Shown here piece by piece: positions 12,061 through 25,579 of a stretch of DNA of 64,000 bases (position 1 is the first letter of the stretch; every line of letters starts with the position of its first letter). Origin of the DNA: Chrysomallon squamiferum (taxonomy: Eukaryota > Animalia > Mollusca); the NCBI GenBank assembly GCA_012295275.1, contig CM022674.1, positions 2,170,001-2,234,000 of the forward strand, in the 5' to 3' direction. The position numbers and the translations under genes were made by a program. The notes beneath the pieces were generated by a model. That model worked only from the letters and a program-made list of their open reading frames with translations. It was not told where the DNA came from and ran no database searches.

Positions 12061-15000
12061 AATAATAAGAAGAAAGAAAAGAAAAAAGAAATCCCTTTCC
12101 ACCCCCTCAAGAAATAACATCGTAAATATATTTGTGATCTCAGAACATTTTCAAAACGAACAGCTTAAAATACCTGTGACGTTTGTCTAGTCAGAGATGA
12201 ACACATTCAATCCCAGTTAATTAAAACGAATGTGTATGGGGGGTTGTGGTGGTGGTGGGTGTGTGTGTGTGAGGGGGGGGTAATTAATGGGCGGCACCTA
12301 AAGAAAATTAATCAGCTGGCAATTTGAATGCATTAAGTTCACGATTACCTCAGGAAAAGGGAATTAGACTGGAATGTTTTTTTTTTTCTTCTCAGCTCGT
12401 GTTTCGTTTGTTTACTGTGGTGAAATGAACGCAACAGCTGCATTGAGTCTATAATCTTATAAAACGGACGTATAGACGTATAGACGTACAGACAGACAGA
12501 CAGACAGATGAACAGAGAGACTGACATTTCATATTACCGTATTGTAAAGACAAATATAAATGGACAGACACAATAATAATGATGATGGTTATGATGAAAA
12601 ACAGTAATAACAAAACAACAACAACAGCAACAATAGTAATAGTAAAAACAACAACAATAAAAATGCTGGTGTTGTTGTTTTTTGATGATAATGATAACAA
12701 CAACAACAAAAAAATGAAACCCATCATTAAGCTGTTTAAAAAGAATAACAACATAATAATCTTTCTCATTCACTCACTCTTTCTTTCTTTCTTTCTTTCT
12801 CTGAGCCTCTTTCTTTCACTTACAGATGCACACTCCTACATTCACTGTTTCGCTTATTTTTCTTATTGCATACCTGTATATACGTTTGTGTGTATGTTTC
12901 TGTTTGTAAAGCATGTGTGTGAATTCAAATCCTATTCGAGTGTTTTTTCCCTTCAACAGATATGAATAACTAAGTAATGGGCTAACGGAAAACATTACAC
13001 GTATTTTTGGTTACGGATTTAACAGGCTAAAAATCGCGTATCTGTTTTATTAAATATTACAAGTTCAGGTGGGTTCGTCAAACTGCAGATAAGTCTTCGT
13101 TAGACATATTAATCAACACAATTATTTTAAATACAACTCGCCATACGCAAATATTAAGCTTTTCAGATCTTTTTCTCGTTTTCTTTTCGTAGTTACAATT
13201 TTTTTTTTTCACTTTCTAAACAACACGTGCATTCTCAAGCACTGACAGTTGATGATAACGATTAGGCTCTTCGTACGAAACCTGGCAATTACCCCAATAA
13301 ACGTGCGTATAAAACTTTCACCGACAACGACTGTGGAATGTTTATATCAAACCGGGAGGAGGTATGTTTCGAGATACGAAGTGAAAATCTTTCTTTAACG
13401 AAGCGAAATTGTTTTGCTCCTCCTATGGCGGAAACCGCGCGCGCGGTGTATTTTTAAAAACATGCCCAAGGGAGATAATCAGCCACATCAGTCTCGATTA
13501 GCGCAATTGGATGTGGCAGAGAGGTGCGCGGAATGCAGAATGAGAACTGGTCTGGGTAATGAAGTCTGGGATACAATAAAATAAAATAAAATAAAATAAA
13601 ATAAAATAAATAAATAAACGAACAAAATAAATATTACTACGACGACTACTACTACTACAACTAATAATAATAATAATAAATTAAAAAAAATAATAATAAA
13701 AAAAAATAATAATAAAAAATAAAAATAAGTAAATAAAATAAAGAAGAAGAAAAGTAAAACTAAATGATAGTAATAAATGAATAAAAAAGAACATTAAAAT
13801 TTCATGGTTAAAACAAATATCATTTGGCATTTTCCTAGTGAAAATTCTGCTTAATGATTGGTTTAGAACTGATTACAATTGTATTATACTGTAGGAGAAT
13901 GCATATTTGTATGTATACCTACATGTATTTATGTTTGTGTGCGTGCGTATGTGCGTGTCGTTAAGTAGTCTCTGTTTTTAAATATGTGGATGCTCGTTTT
14001 TTTTTTGAAATGAATGTGTGTAAGTCTGTGTCTGTGTGTGTGTCTGTGCGTGCTTGTGTGTGCGTGCGCGTGTGTATGCATATGTAAGTCTGCTTCTTTG
14101 CGAGTGTGTGTCTGTGTGTGTGTGTGTCTGCTAGTGCACGTGTGCGCATGCGGATTTCCCTTTCCATCTTATTATTTACTTGTCGTTTCATTATCTCTTC
14201 CTTTCTTCTGTCTCTCCATCCATCTTTCCCTTTCTCTCAAGTATCTCTGGTTTTTTTTTCCTTCTTTTCCCGTATTTCTAGTTCGGTTACTGATGTACGT
14301 ACACTTAAAATGTGTATAAAATAAAATAATTAAAAATGAATTTAATAAGCTAAATGATTTTTCTTTTTTTTTAAAGTTACTACTAATGCATTTAATTTCA
14401 AAAGAGTCTCTGAAGAGTTTGGTTCTGAAGAAATATAATCTAGCACTGACCTTTACCAAGGGTTAAAAGCGAAGAAGAAAAAAATAGTTAGAAACGAAAA
14501 GTAGAAAAAAGAAAACTAAAGGCATATGAAACACTAACTTTTTTTCATACAGCCTTATCATTGTGATCTGGCAAACAAAGGAAATTTTTGCGCTGTTTGG
14601 TCACTCTGCGCAATAAATACTTTAGGAAACTGAAGACACGAGATTCATATGAAAGAAACAGAAGCAGTGTTTTAGGAAATTAAATTTCTTGCCTTCGATC
14701 GTTTGGCTTTTGTTTCGGCTGATGTAGGAATGAAAAAAAAAAAACAGGTTACAAGAGGGAATCAGATTTGAAATAAAAGGTCCCAAATGAAAGCGAATCT
14801 GGAAAAAAAAAAAAAAATGTATCTTTGCAAATACCCTTGTTATCATTCCCACTAACCAAAATCCATTGGCCAAATTGGATGGGAATGTCTCAGCCATCAC
14901 CAGGAACGATTTGCAAGCTTTACTTTTTTTATCCCCCATTCAACGCAGAACCAGAAGGTTGCTCTAATGGCCTTCCATTTGAATGTAATCCTCCGGAATT

Positions 15001-16137
15001 GAGCGCAATTCGTAGCGGCTTGGTTTGCCGCATTTGTAGGAAGCACTGGACGCCATTTCGATGATTGCCTGTCCCCCAGGACGGGCGGAATAAAGTGTTT
15101 TTAAATACAGAATGTAATTAACGTGGTCTGGCCAGCCAGCCAGCGAGCTAGCCAGTACAAGACTGATGCGAACACAACGGCCAATTTATTCGAGAACTTT
15201 CCGAAGTCGTAAATAAGCGCATCAGTTTGACTTCGCTTTTCGAATAGCGTGAAAGTGTCTCCCGTATTGCATCGTTCAAAGTCTTTTTCTTATTTAGTTT
15301 TTATTGTCACATGTAAAGATGTTGTTGTTATTACTCTGGTGTGATGGTGATATATTTAGAGCCCGTTAGTTAATTCTAAATCAACACGTTACGTATTTAA
15401 TTGTAATTAGTCGAATAAAGACAATAAGATGCCAACTTATATATATATATACATATATACAAATGTACGTACACACATACATATATATACATTCATACAT
15501 ACCTGTATACGTGTATACGTATATACATACATTATGATAGTGGGTTTCCTTTCTGATCATTTTATTACAAAATTTCTATGAGTAATATTTAATAGGATTA
15601 ATACAAAACTGTAATGACGTTTTCTGAAGGTTCATTAATTCGTTCATTCATTATTTAATTAATTGTTTTGCTCATCGATACGTCACTAACTTTAATTTTG
15701 AATCTTGAATTATTAGACCGATTCCTTCAATCATTCATTCATTCATTCATTCGTTCATTTAAACGTTCCTTCATTTACTCATTAATTTGATCGTTCGTTT
15801 CGTTCGTTCATTCATTAATCAGCACCTTTATCTAGTTTGATGCTTCTAGTCTATTTTAAATGTTTTATTCATTCATTCTTTCATTCATTCCCTAGATCAA
15901 TCGTTAATCATTAATTTTCCTTCAGTTTATTTTCTTAACTTCAGAAAATAACTTTCTTTAATTAGAAAGCAATATATATATATATATATATATATACGTA
16001 AATAAATAAATAAATAAATAAAAATGAATGTTAAAATAAATGAATGAATAAATAAATAAATAAAATGAAATAAAATAAATAAATAAAAATAAATGAATGA
16101 AAGAAAGAAAGAAAGAATGAATAAACAAATAAAATAA

Positions 16138-16176
<39 letters not shown>

Positions 16177-16387
16177 AAGAATAAACAAACAAACAAACAA
16201 ACAAACAAACAATCACAAAACATCACAACAAAGTGATGATTCTGTTTTTCTGGGAGATTTCTGGTTTCGTATCATTTTACGTTGAAAAGTTCATCTCTGA
16301 AAGTAGCTGTAAAGTTTTATTTGTTTTCCCCAGCCAAATAAAACATAAGTCAGTTATTTATCCTGTGCATTGGGAGATGTCAAGGTT

Positions 16388-16400
16388 GGGTCAAAGGTCA
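16388..16400 (+). promoter_or_regulatory. Perfect nuclear-receptor DR1 element GGGTCA-A-AGGTCA
   Basis: Exact match to the DR1 consensus bound by RXR/COUP-TF/HNF4-class receptors. Function untested. Confidence 0.3.
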
Positions 16401-16878
16401 CTAAAGCATTTAAGTGTTTCATAAAAAAACACCACTTACTTACATGAATGTATACGAATATAAACATCCACAAAAACTCACTTAAATACACACACACAAA
16501 AAGCACACGTACACAAACAAGTACCAATCCAAACAAACACAAAAACACACATTCTACAAAGAGAAACAAACTGTAATTAACTGTAAAAAATATTTAGTGG
16601 TATAAATTACGAACAGGCAAGACTAAATTAAAATTGTTTAACGGTTGTTAGGTGTCAAACTATTGCTGCTTTGTTGCTGTTGTTGCTGTTGTTGTCGTTA
16701 TTGCAGTTTTGCATAATTACGATAAAACAGAGCTACTACAGAGATTTTTCTCAGAGGTGTGTTATTTTCGGACGCTAAAGGAATTTTCATATAAAACTCT
16801 ATGTACACATGTACTGTCAAAGTCCATATTAGACATTAAGGTATATTTATATATATATATATGTTTTTTAATATTTAT

Positions 16879-16879
<1 letters not shown>

Positions 16880-16951
<72 letters not shown>

Positions 16952-16973
16952 AATCAATCTATCTATCTATCTA
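16880..16973 (+). repeat. (TATC)n tetranucleotide microsatellite
   Basis: Read directly. Confidence 0.9.
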
Positions 16974-17503
16974 TAAACAGATAAATAAATAAATATTAAA
17001 AACATACAAAAGAAGTTATGAATAATATTGTATATTGTAATGTAATGTAATATAATATAATAATCTATAATGTAATATAAAATAACATAATATAATAAAG
17101 AAAGACTAGTATTTATAACATACAAAATTAATAAACAAGAAGTATACAAATAGATATATAAATAAACGAACGAACAAACAAACAAATAATAATAGACAAA
17201 AAAAAAACAGATAAATGAATTAAATGAATGAATGAATGAATGAATAAATAAATAAATATATAAATTAATAAGTAAGTAACAAAGTAAGCAAGCAAGTAAG
17301 CAAGCAAGTAAATAAATAAAAAACAAAACATGAAAAAATAATCACTCAAAAAAACCCTAAAAAAACATGAAATTAGTAAAGATCATGGACGCAGTTAAAA
17401 ACACAATACACTAATGTTATTTTCCAATTTTTTTTCTTCTTATATTTTTTCTTTCTATTTAAGAGAGGTGACTCAAGGGAAACTATTTAAAAGAACTGCT
17501 GAG

Positions 17504-17548
<45 letters not shown>

Positions 17549-18419
17549 TTATCTTTTGAAAAAAGTTCATTAATAATTTACCATTGATATCCTGTCGTTA
17601 ATGGTTTGTATAAACAGAATAGATAATTAAATTCATTTTAATTAAATAAAACAGTTAAAATCGACATGCAGGTCAAATTTAGGTAGTTGTTGTTGTAGTT
17701 GTTATAGTTGAGGTAGTATTATTTTCATTTTTTTTCTTTCGTTCCTTCTTTTTTTTTATAGTACTAGTAGTAGTAGTAGCAGCAGCAGTAGTAGTAGTAA
17801 TAATGATAACAATAATAATAATAATTATTATTATTAGTAGTAATAGTAATAGTAATAGTAGTAGCAGCAGTAGTAGTAGTAGCAGTAGTAGTAGTAGCAG
17901 TAATAATAATAATAATAATTATTATTATTATTATTATTTTTTTATACTGTTTTAGTAGTAGTAGTAGTAGTAGTAGTAGTAGCAGCAGCAGCAGCAGTAG
18001 TAGCAGTAGTAATTAATTATTATTTCATACTGTTTTTAACCGTCACTGTCATCATAAGCATAATTTTCATAACCACCACCACCATCATCATCATCAACAA
18101 CATCATCATCATCAACTACATATAACCTCATACATCTCCGCCGTCACCTTCCACACACTACTTTGTTGTTGGCGGTGGCAGACAAACAAGACAGTGATCA
18201 ATATGAAAGCGAGACCGCTCAGTCACATAAATCATATTTTAATACCTCGACCGCCCTTTTTCTGCCTTGACGCTTTACCCACAGTTTTCCAATCGCGTTA
18301 ACCAGGCCTGGCTAATGCAGCGTATTAAACAAAAACACTGCACAATGCTGTAATTAATTTCCAGTATGATAGAGTTACTGTCCAGTTTATGGCGGGCATC
18401 GGCACGCGATGTCCCGCGC

Positions 18420-18473
<54 letters not shown>

Positions 18474-19459
18474 TCGGAAAAACTGTAGCGAAAAGTAAAA
18501 ACGGCGCTTAATAGCTGGTCTATGAGAGTTATTTCCCTTGGGTATTGTTTTTTTTTTTTCTTTTCAGTGTTGAAAGTGGGCGATATTTAAGACTTGTTCT
18601 CTCTCGCTCTGTTCTTTTTTTTTTTTTTTTTTTTTTACCTTTTTTTTAAAAAATAATTTTTAAAGTTATCCGTATCTTTGTAAAATATATTTTCTGCTTT
18701 TTAAAAGAAAACAATACAAAAACAACATGCAAACAGACATACGTATATTCAATACAGGCAACAATCAAGCAAATATAAAATTAAATAAATAAAAATAGAC
18801 ATATGTAGACAGACAGATAAATAGAAATATAGATAGATTCACAGAGATAGATAGATAGAGAGACAGATAGATAAATAAATAAATAAATAAATAGATGAAA
18901 AAAAAAAAAAAAACAAGACCTGTAAAAGAAACCGTATTAAGTTTCACCTCATGTAACACCACAAACGCCTCTTTTCATTCAGAACTCTTTATATCAATCA
19001 TTTTCACGACGTATACGTTTAAACACCATCATCCCCATTTGACGTCAAGCAGGATCTTCGTAGATTAGTCAAAGTAGCCATCTTGGATTTCAATATGGCG
19101 GCTGTCTTAATCCAGACGTATTCCATTGTGGGCTGCCACATTCTGTGACGCTGTTGTGTTAGGGACGGGTAATAGTGAAACGGATACAGAACGAACGACG
19201 GGTCTAAGTTAATATTTCTTTTATTTAAAGACAACGTGATGAATGGACACCTCTGTCTGCAGCTTTAGTGTGATCCTTCGTAGATCCTGTGGTGGGGAGG
19301 GGGAGGGTGATGGAAAGCCGGGTGACGAGGGATAAGTGATGATGGTAACAACAGCGGCAACAACAACAATAACAACCACAGTAACAATAATAACAACAAT
19401 AACAACCAATAAGTAATAATAACAAACTGATAACAACAACAACAATAAAACAATAATAA

Positions 19460-19507
<48 letters not shown>

Positions 19508-19618
19508 TGATGATGATGATGATAATAACAATAATAAATAAATAATAATAATAAAAATATCGTACTAAACACTACTACTACTTTTACTACTACTATTTTA
19601 CTACTACTAATAACATAA

Positions 19619-19655
19619 TACTGTCTGTGACGTTTTATAATAGTCTCTACTGTCT

Positions 19656-19687
<32 letters not shown>

Positions 19688-20085
19688 CATGTCTCTACTA
19701 TCTAATTTTAATAATAATAATAATACAGTGTACGTTTATTAATTTATTTTAATCATAAAATTACGTTTTGCGTTTTATAACATGATGTTATAAAATGCCT
19801 CTACTGTCTGTGACGTTTTATAACATGTCTCTACTGTCTGTGACGTTTTATAACATGTCTCTACTGTTTGACGTTTTATAACATGTCTCTACTGTCTGTG
19901 ACGTTTTATAACATGTCTCTACGTTTTATAACTTTCTAAAACTGTTTTAACTTATCTGTGAATTTTTAACATGTCTCTTATTTATTTTTTACGGTTAAAT
20001 AACATGTCTCTACTGTATGTGACGTTTTATAACATGTCTCTACTGATTAACGTTTTATAACATGTTTAATAACATGTCTCTAACT
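19619..20085 (+). repeat. Minisatellite, 30-bp unit AACATGTCTCTACTGTCTGTGACGTTTTAT; clean core about 19800-19930, mosaic edges
   Basis: Several near-perfect units at 19801-19930 and 20001-20060, and partial units mixed with (AAT)n on the left. Confidence 0.85.
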
Positions 20086-20507
20086 TTCTAAAACTGTTAA
20101 CTTATCTGTAAATGTTTCTCTTATTCATTTCACGGTTAAAGTCAGATTAATTTCACCACACTCGATAAACTTTGTTTACATTGAGTCTAAAGCAAGCTGA
20201 TAACACAGAACACGAACCACAGAAACTCGTTTTCATGTAACTATATAGTCACGTCCATGATAAATTACATTATATATTTTGAAGACTTCTCTCTAAGTGA
20301 AAAATTAATGAAATGTAGTGTTTAGAAAGAGCTTTATTAAACTGATAATTTAATTTATAATCTTGTCTCTGGATTACTAACATTATTTTTTTTTTTTATT
20401 ATTAATTTTTTTTTTAATGATGTATAATCTTTAACAAATCCTTTGGAATTAAAAATCATTTGTCATGTGTATAGACATATTTTTTTTTTTTTTTTATATG
20501 TACATAC

Positions 20508-20554
<47 letters not shown>

Positions 20555-22455
20555 GTGTTTGTGTTTGTGTGTGTGTGTGTTTGAGTGTGCGTATCGGTTT
20601 GCATTTGTGTATGAATGCGTGTTTTTTCGATTAGTTTATAATAAATCCGCGAAAAAAGAAAATCGGTTTATCTTAATCGATTCATGTTCTGTGACTATGT
20701 GTGGGTGACTATAAAACTTTCCTTTCAGCTAGTCAGTGTGACTAGGTTATGGGGTGAAGGTTCGCGTTCCCTGAACTTTGTAAAAACGTCAGTATGATCT
20801 GTAGTAACTGTTAAATTTCATTAAATAAAATATTCTTCTTTTCTTCTTTTTCTTCTTTCCTTCCTTCCTTCCTCATTTCATTCATTCATTCATTCGACTA
20901 TTCCTTTGCACTTTCTTTCGTTTGTTCCTTCAATTTATGTTTTTTTTTTTTTTTTTTTTTTCATTTTTTCGGTTTTTCATTCATTCTTTCGTTCATTCAT
21001 CCATGTGTTTATTTTGTTCTTCTTTTATTCATTTTTTTTTCTTTTTACGATCACTGGTTCATTTTTTTATCTTTGATTCTTTCTTAGTTGGTTTGTTCTT
21101 CCATTCATTTTGTCGTTCGTTCATTTGTTAATTCATTATTTTTCCTTAATTCACGTGTTCTTTTATTCATTCATTTTAATTCGTTGGCTGTTTCTTCAGT
21201 TCTGTCATTCATTCACTTAATCATTCATTTTTTCTTTCCTTTCTTCATTTCGCTGATCCTTTCTTTTGTTCATTTGGTTTTTGTATTCCAGTGTTGCTGA
21301 TATAAGTACCATTTAATGTAACAACATAAAAAATAAATAAAATAAATAAAAAATAAATAAAATAAAATAAAATAAAATAAAAATAATAAATAATTAAAAA
21401 CGAATAAATAAAATGTGAAAAATCTATATTAGCGGTAAAATAACAACAATTACAAAAACACAAACAAAAACAACAGCGTAATAAATAAATAAATAAATAA
21501 ATGAATGAAAAATAAAATAAAATAAGATGAAAATAATAATAATAATAAAAAAAATGAATGGAAAAAATAAATCATTAAAAAAATGATTAATAATAATAAT
21601 AATAATAATAATAACGAAAACTGAAAACAGAAAATATTTCTTTGAAAACGCAAACACACCTACAACACTTTTATTAAAAATGAAATCAATTCGTAAACTT
21701 TAAAAGAGATTAAAAAAAAAAAAAAAATATTTTCACATTCTTTCATAACTATCGATCCTAAAAATTAATTTGTTAACAAACAAGCAAATAACGTGAATGA
21801 ATGAATAAAAAAATGAATAAAGTTCTTTTATAAACAATTTTTTTATTATTTTTTTTATTTTTCTACGCTCGACCAAAAACATGTTTACTATTATCGCAAC
21901 AGTGAATCCGATTAAAACCAACAAAATTTACGAAATGCGAAGAAATTAACTGAAAAATATGTGAATGTAATAAAATTTAAAAAAAATATATATATAACAA
22001 AGGAAATTAGTCAAGATACGAAATATATTACACGGGAGACATTTTTATCGGTTTATCGATATGGACAACGTCAAAATAATCGATGCGCAAACAGCTGTGG
22101 CAAGTCGGAAAATCGATATGAAGTAGTGCAGTAAACAGACGTATAATTGCTTTTTTGTTTAATTCAAGATTTTAAATAAAATAAAAATAACCTTTGATTC
22201 ATCTGTGATAATATCATGAGATAGTTTTGCCCTGGGAGACAGAAACAGACACAGGGAGACAGAAACAGAAACAGAGACAGGGAGACAGAAACAGAAACAG
22301 AGACAGAGACAGCGAGAAAGGGAGACAAAGAGAAACATAGAGACAGACAAAGTCAGAGACAGACAGAAAGACAAGAAGAATGTACTAATATAATTATTTT
22401 TATTAAACGTAGTAGGTTGCAATGTAAAGTTAATATATCAGAGAATATATATCAG

Positions 22456-22508
<53 letters not shown>

Positions 22509-23449
22509 TCGTTTATCTACCTACTTTCTATCTATCTCTTTGTCTGTCTGTCTATCTATCTATTTATATCTGTCTGACTGTCTGTTTGATATCTACCTAT
22601 CTATCTCTCTGTCTATCTGTCTGTATATCTATTTATCAATCTCTTAATCTATATATCTATCTGTCTATCTATTTATCTATATATCTACCTATCTACGTAC
22701 TTATACAGACGTACAGTATATACATACATGTCTGTTTGTGTGTTCTCTGATACATTTACATATTGTATATATATATATATATATATGTTCATGTATTTTA
22801 TTAATAAATTATTCATAATATTCCTTCATGAAACGAAGCATAAAAAGTGGCATAATCAGTATGTGCATAATTATACACATTCTTTTTTTTATTGTCAAAC
22901 AGATATGTTCCTTCAAAAAAAAAAAAAAAATATATATATTTATTTTTTTTTTTTTTCGTTAATTTATTCCTTCTTTTGTTCATATTTTTTCTTTAACTCG
23001 TTCATTTATTTATTCGTTCTTCATTCCTTCATTAATTTTTCCTTTTTTCATTTACTCATTAATCTTTCTTTGGTTCCTTGTTTCTTTCATTTAGTCTTTT
23101 CGTTAATTATTTCGTTCATTCAGTCTTCGATCTTTTGTGCGTTCATTCAATCATTCATTCATTAATTCATTCATTCACGAATTTCTTCACTCACTCAATC
23201 ATTCAGTACTAGCTAAAACGTACGCTTACACCAGCTTAAACAAAACTCACATTAAAATTAATATCAATGTCCACTAAGCACCTCTCTACCAACAGGATCT
23301 ACCAGTTTATCTACATCGTATTTACTCTGCCAGGCTACAATTACCAAATACAATCACCCCAAAAAGTCACAGAGATCTGACACTCCTAACAACAAAACCC
23401 GATAAAAATTTACTCTCGATAAACTGAACCCAGTCTGAAAGGGCGTTTT

Positions 23450-23820
23450 GTCCCGCGTCCGTATCCTTGCGATCATTATTAACCAGTTTCATTAGCAAAA
23501 CAAGAGACCTTCGCCACTTGCGCGTGTTTTACCAATCAAAACTATTTAATAATTCACAAGCCCATTTTTTTTTTTTCTTCCAGTTCTGTGCGCGTAGGCC
23601 AGTCTCACAGACAAAAGCTTGGAGAAAAACTCAGGCCGCGCGAAGAAGCAGACGAGATCGTCGACAACAATTACGACCGGCCAGCCTCGTTCTGATTGGC
23701 CAATCGCGGAGCCGGTCACAAACGAGGGGGTTTACTGTCGTCTATTTGTAGCATGTAGCAGCAATCAATCCATTGGTTGGTTGTGTACGGAAGACGTTCT
23801 GTTTCTTTCGGTTCGGCGAT
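23450..23820. promoter_or_regulatory. Putative (possibly bidirectional) CCAAT/NF-Y promoter
   Basis: CCAAT at 23532, palindromic double box GATTGGCCAATC at 23694-23705 and ATTGG at 23772. The region is CpG-rich, with C-skew upstream (C54:G15 in 23221-23400) and G-skew downstream (G70:C20 in 24301-24480), hand counts. Confidence 0.6.
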
Positions 23821-24023
23821 TTATGTAGTAGTAATAGTTATTGTTACTACTACCGCTGTTGTTATTATTATTAGTATTATTATTATTTAAAATCTTCTCT
23901 CATGAAGACGTTGGGTTTGTACGAGTGCTATTGTTAAAGGCGACTGTTTGGATTTTGACAGTTTCATTTTCCTGTTGCGAACTGTGGTGACGTTTTGGAA
24001 AAAAAAGGGGAAAGAAAAAATTA

Positions 24024-24077
24024 ATGATGTTTCGTTTATCACCTTTGATGTTAGTCGGAATTGCTGTGGCTTTACAG
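24024..24077 (+). CDS. Candidate first coding exon encoding a signal peptide-like N-terminus (MMFRLSPLMLVGIAVALQ); partial CDS, phase-0 intron follows
   Basis: The ATG at 24024 follows an in-frame TGA (23988-23990). The peptide has a basic n-region and a hydrophobic h-region. A consensus donor CAG|GTAAGA sits at 24077/24078, just downstream of the CCAAT promoter. Downstream exons not identified. Confidence 0.5.
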
Positions 24078-24526
24078 GTAAGAAGATTTTTGTTTTTTAT
24101 ATTTTGTTCTCGTAGATCAGGGGCTGAAAAAAAAAAGATAAAAGGGGAGCGGTTATTATGGTCATTATACTAGGTCATTTAATTATTATTATTATTATTT
24201 TTAAAAAATTTTTTGGTGGTTATAGAGGGGTATTTACGACATACACGTTATATCAAGCAGGACGGTTATATGATGACAAAAACTAAACAAAAAAACAAAT
24301 GGGTGTGTGTTGGGGTGTTTCTGTGATCCCGAACGTGAGAGGGGCGAATGATGTCGTGTTCTACGGTGAACAGGGTGGTTACAGAGGGGTACCGTGAACA
24401 CTAATGTTGAGTTGTGATAGATGAGGGTAAGGTGTAGAAAAACTGGGGTGGGGTGATGACAGAATTAGCGTCAAGGAACAGAGTTTAAGAGCAAAAGGGT
24501 GGCGAAAGAGTGGACACAGGTTACTC

Positions 24527-24557
<31 letters not shown>

Positions 24558-24582
24558 TAAAGATATATACACACACACACAA

Positions 24583-24650
<68 letters not shown>

Positions 24651-25207
24651 TTATTTAAATAGAGCTAGAGTGATTCGAACAGATTAATAGGATTATCGAA
24701 ATAGGCAGTTAAGTTAACACAATGATAACAAAAGACGATGCTGAATCACACTGTAATACGTTGACAGAATAACGAATAATTAGAAATAAAGAAAATCCGG
24801 AGACTACGTTTTACTGCCTGGCCCAAGTAAAAATGTGGTGATGCTAACTGTGACAGGCTGAACAGACCAGAGCAGGCTGTAAGTTAACACACTCGGAGAA
24901 CATTTAGTATTCAGGGTTTCAAGGGTAATGAAAACGAGGGTATAAGGGCATCAAGACTGAAGATATGGTGCTGAAGAGAAGAGGTTTAAGTAAAATGAAT
25001 ATTAATAGGGTATTTATGTTTTAAAAAGATGAACCAAATGTGCTTATTTAAGGTATAGAAAGAATAGGAATAATAAAAGGATAATAAACTGCATTTTGTA
25101 AGTTCTTAGTGTATCAGTTAGATAAATAAATAAATAAATATTCTTGTTTAAAAAAATAAAAACAAAACACAAAAATACCAAAAGTCCCACAAACATTTCT
25201 TAACAAC

Positions 25208-25251
<44 letters not shown>

Positions 25252-25579
25252 TAACAACCAACTATCAAACAAATAAACAAAACAAAACAAACAATTACGG
25301 TTATAATTATCAAAGTAATATTTATCAAATGAAAGACGTAAACAAATCTGTTTGAAAATCAATAATAGTCCCGTTACACGTTACTCTAAATGAAATCTAC
25401 AGACACTTTTAATATCAGCTACTTGTCTGTTAACAGAACAATCGTGAATTTGAACGTACATTCGTTTACACACTTGAACAGTAAGAAAACGAGTTTGATG
25501 ACAAGAAAACGTAATAATCACAGCAGAACAAATAAAATCAATGTTCTAACACACTTCTTTCTGTACGTTGCTTAAACAA

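Noticed and set aside
13224-13245. miR-137-like sequence on the minus strand (TCAGTGCTTGAGAATGCACGTG)
   Set aside because: The seed differs from miR-137 and there is no complementary arm to form a precursor hairpin.
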